A stretch of 57,474 bases of DNA, counting the filler, from Ionaspis alba (taxonomy: Eukaryota): NCBI GenBank assembly GCA_964255285.1. It is 4 parts of 4 records of this genome, joined end to end, with 100 filler letters (N's around TTAATTAATTAA, not from the genome) between each part and the next. Parts side by side here need not be neighbours in the genome. Positions count along the whole stretch, not along the records: positions 1 to 14,322 come from CAXUUL010000426.1; positions 14,423 to 28,723 come from CAXUUL010000427.1; 2 more parts are not named here. One strand, written 5' to 3'. This document shows positions 11,725-24,027 of the stretch, piece after piece (position 1 is the first letter of the stretch; the number at the start of each line of letters is the position of its first letter). The position numbers were made by a program, and so were the translations under genes. The notes under the pieces are model-generated. The model searched no databases and was not told where the DNA came from. It was given only the letters and a program-made list of their open reading frames with translations.

Positions 11725-14322
11725 ATGAGTGCACTGTCGCGGGGCAGTCGCACCAAAGTCAAGCAGCTGAACGGAAGTATTGACAGCGCAACAACACAAG
11801 GTAAGTCCTTGTTTCTCTTGTAGCGGTTGTATCTTCTGTCGTGGGATCTTTATGGTTGTTACAGGCAGACTTCGAAGTCTCGACCGGCTTGCTTTCCTTT
11901 GGAATCCAGTTGGGCAGAACCGTAACACGAGCGCTTTCACCGGCAGCAAGGTGCTGGTAGCCATATCGTTAGGAGCGTTCTTTTCAGCCTTCACTAATCT
12001 GTTTCCGCTGCAACAGGCCTCGACTTGACCATTACCGGAAGCAACTCTGCAGACAACGTTGCTCCTCCTACAATGGCTCCAATCCCATCGTTACCTGTCT
12101 TAGGAGACGCTCAGCTTGCCATCGAACCGTCAGCAGCAATAGGCGCGATCCTTTCTGCTGCGTCCAGACAATCCAACGCAGATGCGACATCTACAACTGC
12201 TTTGGCAGATATCGAACATGTGTCTGAGATGGACCACGATGATCGCTCAAGCAGTCTGAGTGACGTTGAAGATAGGCCGACAGCTGTCACGAATGAAAAG
12301 CGCATTGGAAACTCGTCCCCTATGTCTGATGAGGCGGCATACGATACCGAAGCTGAAACGGAACGACTGGAAGAGTCTCCACACAAGGGCAGGAAACAAC
12401 TCAACATTACGTTGAGCGTGTCAAATAAAGCAACCACGGAGGATGTTGGGCAGACACATACAGTGACAGCCGAATCCTCACGCTCTAAGGAGATTGCGGT
12501 CCCCGTTGGAAGCCATGGCAAAGACCACGACGATAATTTCGATCAAACCTCCGATATTACATCCTTGGGCGACTCAGATGGAGGCGGTGAGAGCAGAGCG
12601 ATTTCTTCAACGACCTTCGCGGGAAAGAAACGCAAGCGCTCGGATCAGGAGCACTCAGAAAATCCCACCGATGATAGCCCCAAAGCCTCAAAGAGAGTAG
12701 CCACTCTTGTTAGTCGAATGGTCAGCGGTGAAGGGGACGTGGAGGAAACAGAGTTGACTATTCGCGAAGATGAGGCCAAGGATGTTGAAGACTTACCCGA
12801 GGACGGCGACCTATCTGATCTCGGAGATGAGGATGCTGGGAATTTTCTTCATCCGATCAATTACACCTCGAGAAGGGCCGACGGGACGGAGAAAATGACT
12901 GAAGAGCTCGGAACAAATGGTCTTGTGTCACGAGACATTTCGCCAGGAGCCGAAGACAATCTTGCCGAAGTCAGGACCATCGAGGGAGATGCCGACGTAG
13001 ATGAACCGGGTGGTGACGCAGACATTGAAGTTACGACGCGGAATGAAGAAGAAATTGTCAAGAAAAGAGCCGCCTTGGATTCCTTGGGTGCTATTGAGAA
13101 GGACTTCGCCACACTTCGCGACAAACTTTTTGATGAGCGACTCACCCAGCTGAACGATGAGCTGGAGATGCTCAATCAACCCAATGTTACTCATCCTGAA
13201 TACCTAGCGATGATGGAAGCGATTGATCGGCGACGTGATGAGAAAATTGAAATGGCGAACACTAGATTACGTTACAAGCTCCAAGCATTAGAGAACAAAA
13301 CGGTGGCAACGCGATCAATATGTCATGGCCAGTACATGCAAGACGTTCGCGAGATAACCGACACAACGTTGCAAGAGGCCAACAAGGAATGGTATGCGAT
13401 TCAACGTGAACGAAGAGCTCGTGAGGAAGATGAATCGAACTTTGCGTGTCATTTCCAACCCAGACGATCCAAGCAGATTATCAATCAGACAGCCTACAAT
13501 ACCGAGGTCTCCATTCTTTCCGGAATTGCCAAATACAGAGGTTTTCCAGCTGCTCCGGAAATCAAGGCCGCAAAGACAAGCGACGTTGAAGATGATTTGC
13601 GCCGCATGGGTGTAAGTTTCTCTCAAATATTCTTCGGCAAAATTAGGGCAAGTACAACTGACATCGCGTTTGTAGTCCGCAGCACAGCCAGCACCTCTCA
13701 GAATTGGTCCCACTCTATCCAACTTGTCACGAGCACGACCAGCAGCCGAAGAACAATTCCTCGAACAAACTCCATGGGCCAATCCTCAGCATCCATCGCA
13801 TCAGATGGTCAATCCTGCGCAACGACAGATTTCGCAAAGCGCGAGACCTTTCAGCCCCTTCACTACTCCAGCATCGCAAAAACGTGCTACGGAATCTGAA
13901 GCACCAAATGGCTCTGCATCCACGATTGCAATTTTGCATTCAGCACAAGGCTCTTCTGTCGCTCCGACACCCTTGAGTATTGAGCAGACCATACCAAATC
14001 ACTCTACTTCGAACCATACCCCTGGTCCAAGTCAATTCCTCGAAACACCTTCGAGGCGCAATGGTCAAAGCTCTTATGATAACGAGCTTCCTAGACGATC
14101 CGCGAGCACTGTGCTCGATGACAGTGCCCACAAATCGACATATGCAGTTCCAGAGTCAACGAGATCGCAAGAGCAGACTTATCACCCTGCTAGTCCGTCA
14201 TTAAACTTCCAAGCCTCATCCTCTAATATCCCGGCCGGAACGTTCCGCGGAAGATTCTCGTCACCCTTCCAAGATTCGAATCCAAGGACTCAAAGTCCCA
14301 GGGACAAGCCATACGGTTCTTC
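11725..14322 (+). CDS. DEP1: Sds3-like domain protein Dep1 (Rpd3L HDAC complex subunit), 3' truncated at contig end; exons 11725-11800, 12017-13611, 13676->14322
   Basis: SSSLSD…DTEAETERLEESP motif; Sds3-like coiled coil (AALDSLGAIEKDFATLRDKLFDERL…HPEYLAMM…QTAYNTEVSILSGIAKYRGFPAAP); AEEQFLEQTPWANPQHP in exon 3; splice sites keep frame. Confidence 0.85.
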
Positions 14323-14422
14323 NNNNNNNNNNNNNNNNNNNNNNNNNNNNNNNNNNNNNNNNNNNNTTAATTAATTAANNNNNNNNNNNNNNNNNNNNNN
14401 NNNNNNNNNNNNNNNNNNNNNN
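14323..14422. other. artificial contig spacer N44-TTAATTAATTAA-N44
   Basis: six-frame stop linker flanked by 44 N on each side. Confidence 0.97.
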
Positions 14423-15465
14423 ACATCGTGGATCTCGTTGCGAGTGGCTTTGGATCCGGTAAGATCAGCTAGAGGAGTTACCAGAACGGGCCGAGAGATA
14501 GGAAGTAATTGCTTCGGACTTTCCTTTGGTGGACCTTGTGATTTATGTATCCTGGTAGTGACCGTTTCATTTCTGTCTCTGGCGGTTTGCATCGACGAGG
14601 ACCTTGAGATCTTTGCCGTCTTTGTAGAAGGGTTTGGATTCCGAGACTGGAGTGGCTTGAGGTCCTCATCGCACTTGCGCTTCTTTGCGTTGCTCGCAAG
14701 ATTCGCGGAATCCTCGGTTGCATCTGCCTGCACTTTCTCTTTCGCTGGGCTATCAGACCACCTGATCAGATCCACTGCGTCACCGCTGGATTCGAGATGT
14801 TGTAGAGCCAAGTCATCTTGCTCCGAATCCTTCTCGTCCTGAGGACTTTTGATCGGCTCATTCGGTTTTGGTGTTGCATGTATCTTCTCTGGTGGTACTT
14901 TAGAGGCATCTTTCCGAATCGCTTCAATATCTTGAAATGTCGGACTCTGGGCTCTTCTCTTGTCGTGACCAATTGCATGGAAATTGGCAATCTCCAGATG
15001 TCTGTTATGGTCAGCGGGTGTCCGCAACACCCGAGCCTTCCTCTGTACATACACAACAACACCATCACCATTCAGCCTCTCCCTTCTTGCTAATTGATAT
15101 TTCGTAACACTAACATAAGAGCCCTCTCGTATCTCCCCGGTAGTGACAAATGGGTGAATTTCGTGTTTAAGTATTGCTTGCAGCAGGATCCTGTCAGTAC
15201 CCGAAACGAACCACGGGATTGCGCAATGATCCTGGTACGTACCCTGAATGGCATTTTCGCCATCACTTAGCCAGATTCGATAAGCCTCCCTTCTCTCTTG
15301 ATCATCGGGATCGGTAAATGAAAGAATATAGATTTTGTCTACCAGAAACGTGAGAGCGGGCGGATAAACCTCAGTTCGTACGAGTTCTCTAATCACGGGC
15401 TTGAGAACAATTTCAGACGTGTGGTCAAGGGTTGTTCTCAGTCTTGAGGTTCGGACTACTGCCAT
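14423..15465 (-). CDS. OB-fold protein with RPA70 N-terminal-like domain, 3' truncated; two in-frame introns likely
   Basis: YRIWLSDGENAIQ|AILKHEIHPFVTTGEIREGSYVSVTKY…HLEIANF resembles the Rep-A_N OB pattern; low-complexity linker follows. Confidence 0.6.
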
Positions 15466-15831
15466 GGACAGGATACCGACTTGTCAATCGAAAGATTGAA
15501 GACAAGGACATGGTCAGAAGAGGTGCATGGCATTAGATGATCCGATTATGGCAGGTGTCACAAGTACGGTCTCAAGACCGTGTCGCATGGAAGTGCACAA
15601 AGTGGTAGCTGATAAGATTAGATTAGATCTCTTGGCCGAACAGGCTTCTTCGGAAGCTTTTACCGTCGGAAGGCATCAAGCTCTTCCCCGCCAAATTCCT
15701 ATACGACAACGTTCGAGAATGACACCACAGCTGCAGTTGGTGCAGGATGCAGTAATGTGCTCTAGTAAGACTCATCGGAGCACACAAGCTGCGTCGTCAT
15801 CCAAATGGTGATATGACATTGTCCATAATAT

Positions 15832-18800
15832 ATGTCGAGGTTGTCTTGCAATTCACCGGACACACCTACCTATGGTGAAGACATACAGCTTCTTGCTCGA
15901 CAAGCTTCTACGTCGGAAGGCGAGGACCATGGAGAGAGCGACAACGACATATATTTGGATGGCATTTCATTCCATGGGCAGCAGGACACTGAGCACCAGC
16001 AGAGGCCCCCCTCATCGGTGAATATCTTTGGTCTTCTAAGGCGAGCACGAGCAGCAATGTCTCGGTCCCCTCTGTTACGGTCTACACGAAGCCAAGATCT
16101 CCCCTCCTACACAATTCCATCACTATCTGGAGATGGAAGATTAACGTCTAAAGCGAGGGATAGAGGGAAAGGCAGAAGAGTAGAGGGGAGCCAGGAGACC
16201 AGATCTTCAGCTGAGCGGAGGGGATCTTTTCTTCAATCCACGTCTGCATCAAGTGTCGAGATTCCTGCAGGTCACGGAGGCAACCTGTTTGAAGACATTG
16301 GTTCAACTACGAACGATGACGAGACTGAACAGGATGCAGTCGTCGACTTAGACGCAGAGGGTACAGAGTGGAGCGACAAAAATCCTCCGGATAACTCACC
16401 GTTGGTCTTACGTTTCCTTGGTTGTGGGACTCTGTTCTTCAGATTTGCTGCCAGATTCGAACTTGGTTTCTTTTGCATGCTCGTCTATCTTCAATGATGC
16501 TTCATATCATGTACTACATAGCTTGGCCCCAACTCCAAAAAACATACGTCAACCACGAATATAAACCTTGTGGAAATAATCTCTAATTGCTAATGATGAC
16601 CATTATGAACACAGGTATCCGCAGGTGAGAGTATCTGTATCTGCTATTGATAACACATCTCTTTCCATTAACAGTAGGCATTCACATGTCCCAATGATGA
16701 GAGACAACGACAAGCTGACGTGCAGTAGCACCCCGCATGTGGATTCTTTCTTTATTCTTTGCTCTCTTAGGCTCAGCTACAAACCTCTTTTTCTCGCTAA
16801 GATATCCAAGTGTCGCTATAACTCCTATTATTGCTCTTGTGCTTGTTCATCCGTTGGGCAAAGCATGGGACGCTATACTGAAGCGTCACGACGATCCGAA
16901 AGAAACCTTCGAGTATGGTGTGAAGGTCCAAAGCACTCCCTCCGAACACCAACATGGTGAATTTCCATCTCTCCAGAGGCGTTTTAGGTTGTGGCTTGCT
17001 CAAGGGCATTGGAACGAGAAAGAACATGCTTGTGTCTATATCAGTAGTAATGTCTCTTTTGGCTTCGCATTTGCAACCGATGTACACAAGTCACTCTACC
17101 AATGTGCCTCTTCAGTGGCTAAGCATTAATAGGTCATTGTCGAACAGACGAAGTTCTACAAGCAAGACCTTGGGATTTTATACCAAGTTCTCTTAACCAT
17201 TTCCACGCAGATCTTAGGATATGCCTTCGCCGGTCTGACCAGACGCTTCCTAGTGCGTCCTCCGAGTATGATATGGCCAGGTGTACTAGCGTCAACGGCA
17301 ATGTTCTCGACTATGCACCAGTCGGAGAACAGCAAGGCAAACGGCTGGATCATCTCCCGCTGGAAGTTCTTCATATACGTGTGGACTGGGGCTTTCGCGT
17401 GGTATTTTTTGCCAGGGCTTCTTATGCCTGCCTTGAGTTACTTTAGTGTCATCACCTGGTTTGCCCCGAATAATGTCGTGGTTGCTAATCTGGTCTGTGA
17501 ACTCCAATCACGATAGAAACAACCGTGTCTGACGATATTTTTCAGTTTGGCGTCTCGTCTGGACTTGGTCTCTTTCCTGTGACGTTTGACTGGGCTCAGA
17601 TTGCTTACATCGGTAAGTGTAGAGATACTGATGGTCTACATTGATTGCTCCTGCCGATGAGCTACTGACCTCCAGTAGGCTCCCCTCTTTTGACACCTTG
17701 GTGGGCAGCAGCAAACGTTGTCGCAGGACTGGCCATTGTCATGTGGATAGTGGCTCCGATTCTCTGTCAGTCAATCGAGTTCCAGTACCAGAGCACGACT
17801 GTTGATGCAATCTAGATTATAGAAACACCCTCTACTCAGCCTTTATGCCAATACTATCCAGTGCAGTCTTTGACAATACGGGCAAACCTTATGATGTAAG
17901 CAAGATACTTACGCCTGACTTCCTCTTCGACAGAGAAGCCTATGCTAGATACAGCCCGATCTATCTCCCTATTACCTATGTTCTCAGCTATGCTGTACAG
18001 TTTGCAGCTCTCTCAGCTCTAGTGACCCATACCATCTGTTGGCACGGGAAAGATATTTTGCAGCAAACCAAGGAATCTTTGATGAAGCAAGAAAGCAATA
18101 ATAATATTTCGTACCGACCTATCAATCGAGGTGGTCCCGGCTCTGGTGAGGATGCAGGTCCAGGCATCTATTCGGGGAAGGACCAGCAGGACGGCTCGGA
18201 GCTCAACGGTTCTGTGGGATTTCGAGATGTGCACGCAAGGCTAATGGAACGCTATGAAGATGCACCGATTAATTGGTACCTAATGACTTTTGTGGCTATG
18301 CTCGTTATAGGTATCTTTGTGGTAGAGTAGTAAGTTGTCGACGGATCTGTTTCGAAGAGAGGCTCGTCTCACAGCACACAGTTACCCCGTCCATCTGCCC
18401 TGGTATGGTCTCCTACTAGCCTTGAGTATAACGGCCGTGATGTTTTTGCCTGTCGCAATCATCATGGCCATCACGAACCAGCACAGCAGTCTGTACCTGA
18501 TCTGCCAACTAATCTGCGGTGTGGTCTTTCCAGGCCGTCCCGTCGCAAACATGGTGTTTGTGACGTACTGCTATATCAGTTCTGCTCAAGGCATCAAGTT
18601 CTCCTCTGACCTCAAACTCGGCCACTATATGAAGATCCCTCCCAAGCTGCTTTTCACCGTCCAAATGGTGGCTACCCTCGTCTCTAGTCTGACCCAGGTC
18701 AGTGTCCTCAATTGGATGTTCGTCAAGATCCCTGGCCTTTGCACGCCCGATGCTCTCAACGGCTTCACGTGTCCTATAGCTAGGGTACACTTCAATGGCA

Positions 18801-19381
18801 GCATACTCTGGGGTGTTGTTGGACCGCAGCGATTCTTTGGGGAAGGAGCGCTATATCGGCATCTCATATGGGCATTTCTTGTCGGTGCAATTGCGCCTGT
18901 ACTTATCTGGCTGGTAGGACGCCGGAGTGAGAGGACGTTCTGGAGGAAAATCAATCTTCCCGTGCTGTTTGGTAGTCTTAGCTGGATCCCGCCGGCGGTA
19001 TGATCCCTCTCCTGAACAGTATATGATAGTACATCACTAACTATTGGGAGACGGGACTCAATTTCTCTGTATGGGCGAGTGTTTGCTTCTTATTCAATTA
19101 TGTCGTGCGAAGACGGGCTTTTGCTTGGTGGGGTAAGTATACGATGACTATGTCTGCGGCGCTCGATTCGGGTCTAGCATTTGCATTGGTGGTGGTCTTC
19201 TTTGGGTTCATATATCCAGGTTGGATGGACAACTTCCATTGGTGGGGTACAGAGATATACAAACGGGTAAGACATTGCTTACTTCTCGAAATGCTTCTCC
19301 TACTGACTGTTTTAGGGCTGCGATTGGCGAGCTTGCTCCTATCTGAAAGTCAATCCTGGTGGACACTTCGGTCCCCCTTGA
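15832..19381 (+). CDS. OPT-family oligopeptide transporter, multi-exon
   Basis: SPYPQVRVSVS, TPRMW, HWNEKEH, STQILGYAFAGL, RPPSMIWP, FDNTGKPYDVSKIL, SDLKLGHYMKIPPK, SILWGVVGPQR, SAALDSG motifs; ends GCDWRACSYLKVNPGGHFGPP*. Confidence 0.95.
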
Positions 19382-19735
19382 GGACGTAAGTGAAGGGATG
19401 TCGAGGAGACTTCACTGCTCCATACCACACCATGTCAGTTTCTTGAGGCTATGAGAGGCAAGATTGCAGACTGAATCCGAGTAGACCGCGAGAGATCGCA
19501 TCTAAGTGATCGTTAAAGCTTTGAATTGATTACCAAGGAAAGATCGGTTAGACCGTAGACATGATAGTAAATTTTCGTACAAGATAACTTTAGTTTACAT
19601 AGCAATAGCATGAAATTTACCGAATCAGAACTTGACCGTCCACATTTCCTATTCGCCACGCTCAAAATCGGTGCTCAAGCAAATGGTATCATTCGTAAGA
19701 TCATTAAAGAAATATGTTCTCTCCAAAATTTCACT

Positions 19736-22059
19736 TCATTCATCCTCAACGTGCCTTCTCCATTCGTCCACTCGCCCTTCCGTGGTATTACTCGTCAGCC
19801 CAGCCATCGCAGAGTGCCTCCTTTCCCTGGCCGCCACTCTGACTGCCCTTGGTGGTGGATGTTGTGCGGTCTGAACGCCATCTGGCCGATGCCGTGCAGC
19901 CTCCGAAGCATAATCAGTCGCCGTCCTCCTTGGCACGAGACGTTCCGGCGGCGCTCGACCAGCCCGACGTCCAGCTACAGCATTCCGCCGGGCTGGTTGC
20001 GGCCTTGCTGGTTGCGCAGCAATAGGCAGTGGCGGAGGTGGCGGTGGGAGGATGGGTACGTTTTGGACAGCAGCTCTCCCACCACCAGTCTCAGCAATCA
20101 ATCTATCAGCAGCATCAGTCTGATTGCGGCCGTAATTCGCAACCAGGATATCCGCTGCCCGCTGCACGAAGTGCTCGTTCAAAAAGTGCCCTGCCGCATT
20201 GCCCACCGCGAAGATTCCGCCTCGATCTTCGCCGTCATCGAGGTCTAAGCTCTGCATTCTCCTTGCTATGGCTTCGTCTCTACGCTCTTGCTCCCGTCTC
20301 CGCTCCAATTCCTCATGATATGCCCTCGGCCCTCCATCCGCGCCACGAACTGCCTCCCGTCTGGCTTGCGGCACATTCATGTGATTTAGCCGGTCGTTCT
20401 CCACAGCCTGGTAGTTGAACCAAGGGCAATCGCACGTTTTCCACTTTAAGCCGCAGATCATGCAGAATTCGGCGCGGCACCGGCACGTCATATGGTTGCA
20501 CCCTTCTCTGAGCTCGACAGTTGCCGAGCAGTTGAAGCAGCGCTGCCAGCCCTCTTTCTTCGCGATCTCGGCGAATCGTTGTGTTGCTTCATCTTTAGGG
20601 CACTCCCGGCTAGTGTGCCATTTGCCGTTGCAGGTTACGCAGACTTTCGTTTTGCATCGGGCACACTTGCCGTATTTGCGGCCGCCATTGAGACCACCAG
20701 AGGTGTCAAGGTGGATGTTGGCGGGCTTTATCCATTCTCCGCAGCCGCGACTGGGGCAGTAAACGCGGTTTTTGGTGGTGTATTCTTGGTATTTTTTGTT
20801 CCATTTCATTTTGAATTTCGTGTCGAAGAGCTTCTCGACGTGTTTCAGGGGTATGTGGTCTGCGGTACAGCATTTGGGTGGCATGTGCGCGGGATCAGTG
20901 ACGGACATGGTGAAGATGCGCCGAAGGCAGCTGTGGCACATGCGGTGGCCGCAGGCTAATTTCGCAGATTTAGATATTGGAACGTCGTCCGACATACAAG
21001 TGAGGCATTCGATTCTGGGGCAATGTTAGCATCTATTCCGTGCACGAAGGAGGGAAGAGCATGATTGTTCATAATATAAAGGATGTTGGACGAGATGGAG
21101 TGGAGACGTACTGCTGCTCTGGCCCAACTGGCCTAGGTGGTCCAAATATTGTCCCGAACACGCTGGCAGATCGTCCAAGTGATTTGGGAGTAGTGATTGT
21201 GGACTTTGGCTCTGTGCGGACCGAGGAAGCGACGGAACTCGCCACCGGGGCCCGTTGTACCTTGCGAGTTGATGTTTGACTGCGTACTATCGTAGGTCGA
21301 CGAACAGGTCTCGTAGAACCATCCCGTGTCGAAGCGCTTCTACAATATTTAAGCTCATACCGCTGAAAGGTATTCACATCTTGCTCACCTAGTCTCTCGC
21401 GATCTATGACTGCTGACGACGGTGGCTGCATCAGGATCTAGCCCCCGGACAGTCTTCCTTTTTGTGGTTTCCTCTCCTCCATGATAGGTATGCCTTCTTC
21501 CACCTCCTGGTCGTATAGTCCTCGCAGTCATCTTGTGTTCTCCAGACCGGTCCGAGGGTTCCAGACCCAGTGTCCTCAGAACTCGAAGTCGATCTGGTAT
21601 GAAACTTGACGTGCTCCTCCTCTCCAAGGGTCGCCGAGGCGATCGTAAGGACGTGGTGCTCTCCTTAGCATGATTCGCCACCGAAGTTTTATACACGTAG
21701 ATAACAGTGTCGTCGTCCTTCTCTTCCTTGCGCTTTCTACGTGAATGGTGTTTAGATGACTGGTGCCTCGTTGGTGGATCCAGCGAAGTACTTGTGTGCG
21801 CTGGCTCAGTCTTAGATCGCCTTCTCACGGTACGCCTCGACTCCATCCGTTTCGGCGAGTCTCGGCTGTCTTTCTCTGCTCTGTTGTGGAAATCTTCACG
21901 TGCCCGCCGATGCTCCTCGACATCGAGCGCATAGATGTCAGAACGTTCAGACGTAGACGATGAGGAAGATCGAGTCCCTGTTTCACGAGTGGAGACTTTT
22001 GTACGGCGATTTGAGCGCTTTGGTCTCCTCGAGGAACCTTCCACAGATGCATTCGCCAT
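19736..22059 (-). CDS. RBR (RING-IBR-RING) E3 ubiquitin ligase, 3 exons
   Basis: CLTC…CGHRMCHSCL…PPKCC; YCPSRGCGEWI…CARCKTKVCVTCNGKWH…C; WQRCFNCSATVELREGCNHMTCRCRAEFCMICG; R/S-rich N-terminal exons joined by GT-AG introns. Confidence 0.92.
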
Positions 22060-22655
22060 GCTGACTTTCTGGGCCCTTCATTTAGTTGACGCTACACAGA
22101 CTGGAAAGCATCGAATGAAAAATCAACTGTGCCCTCCACCTTCCAAGCGTGCCCCTCCGGCAGATCTGTTTCAGTGGCCCAAATTCCTTGGTAGCAGACT
22201 TTGGCGTATCGATTGTTGGGCACTTCAGGCTGTCATGCAGGTGGGCAGTGGCAGGCGATGCAGCCAATTAGGGGATCTTCGCTCGCAGACCAGTGGATGA
22301 CCTGTGCGCTACAAGTGCTTGCACAATATCTTAATTCGAACTAAGAAGAATAGTTTGAAGAAGTAAAGTCGTATAAGAACGTCGAATGAAGGTCGAAATT
22401 CAGCAGCCAGTAAGGTATCAGGTACTAGCGTCTCTTCATCAGGCTCGTTAGGGCTCGCATAAACGCCGCAAATGGTATAAGACTGAGGCAAAAAGGACTA
22501 GTTCTAGCCTAGACTAGATAGAGGTTTTCATGCAAGTCACTCATTGCCGAACTACAGCGAGGTTCTCGTCGACATAGTTTTCGTCTATTTAAAGTCTAGT
22601 GTATATTAGTATGTTCCACGATTCCTCGGCCGTCAGCTCCACCTAGCATATCTCC

Positions 22656-23667
22656 TTAGACTTCATACTCCAAAGTTCCCCCTACACATCGCCAGAACTC
22701 CTCCACCGTCTCTTTTTGCCTCTCTCCTCCTCGAATAGCCAGATACCTCCTCCCATCAACCTTTGGGTCCCATTCTCCCTTATTTCCACCTACCATCATA
22801 CCTCCCGCTTCTTTTAGTATTACCCAGCCCGCTGCAACATCCCATGCCCAACATCCACCTTCCCAGTACGCATCCATCGTACCAGAGGCAACCGCACATA
22901 GGTTCAAGGCCGCAGAACCCAGCGATCGTAGTGAGTGGACCATTGCTCCACCACTCTCCGTCGACCCTGCGAGCGCGGCAAAGGTCTTCGTCTTGACCTC
23001 CCAATTATTCCCTTCCCGCTCATTTCCCCATTCCACAGCTACCAAAGCCTGGCTGAGGCCTTTGAGCGGCTCAGGTGGATCTTGAAAGGGTAATTGTCTT
23101 GTCTGCTCGTCTACCGTCCCGAGTATCGCGGAGGTAAGAAATGCTCCCTTTCCTTTAATGGCATGATACAGCTGTCCAGTGAAAGGGTTGTAGACGACCC
23201 CGACTTGCGGGATGAGATCGTGCACGAAGGCAAGGGATATGCTAACGTAAGGGTATGCGTGGACGAAGTTGGTGGTGCCGTCGATAGGATCGCAGACGAA
23301 TGTCGGAGCGGAGGTTAAGTGAAGGCCTGGGTGGTAGGTCTCTTCGCCGAGGAACCTAAAAGCCGTGAGCTGAATGTAGACGTATAGCACTTGTGAGAAA
23401 GCTGGGATGCTTACTTACTCGTAATCTGGATATTTAGATTTCAAAGTTGTAGAGACCATATGCTCGACAGCTTGGTCGGTCTCGGTAACAAGGTCAGAAG
23501 CTAGAGAAAATCAGACAATAAAGCTGGTGTTGAGAATGTAAATATTTACAATTCTTCTTGGTTTGGACATTGCTAGTGGAGGGTTGGACCGAGGTCATCA
23601 TGACCCCGGCCTTCTTTGCTATCTTTATAAGGACATCATGGATCTCCTGTAGATTTAGTATCACCAT
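22656..23667 (-). CDS. inositol monophosphatase, multi-exon
   Basis: KKNS..DLVTETDQAVE, FLGEE, CDPIDGTTNFVH, RSLGSAALNLC, WEGGCWAWDVAAG signatures; ATG at 23667 (MVILNLQEIHDVL). Confidence 0.95.
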
Positions 23668-24027
23668 TGTGCATTGGTGTCTCCTGTGTGATGGCTGATA
23701 CGAAAAGTCAATTGCTAGAAATTTTGAAAAATGAATAATGACGATGGGGGCAGAATATTTGGTGCTATCTTATCAAGCTCACCGCCTTCGTTAGAACGTA
23801 TGAAGCTTATGACTCCATGACATGTGGACTACGGCAAAGAATTTGCCTGTACAAAACTTCTTAGATTCAATCAGTTCTAACTGGCCAACATTGTTTAGAA
23901 TCTAAGTGGACTACTTATATGCAGCAAAGGGTATCAATCAATACATAAACGTGGACAAAACACTGACTGCCGAAGATGTCAACAAGATCGATCTCAACTC
24001 CTACAATAGAGAACGACAGAAGCAGCA

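Noticed and set aside
14367..14378. TTAATTAATTAA as a biological palindrome or TTAA target site
   Set aside because: Identical in three symmetric N spacers, so it is an assembly linker
19610..20248. 212-aa plus-strand ORF
   Set aside because: Antisense shadow of the GC-rich RBR ligase exon
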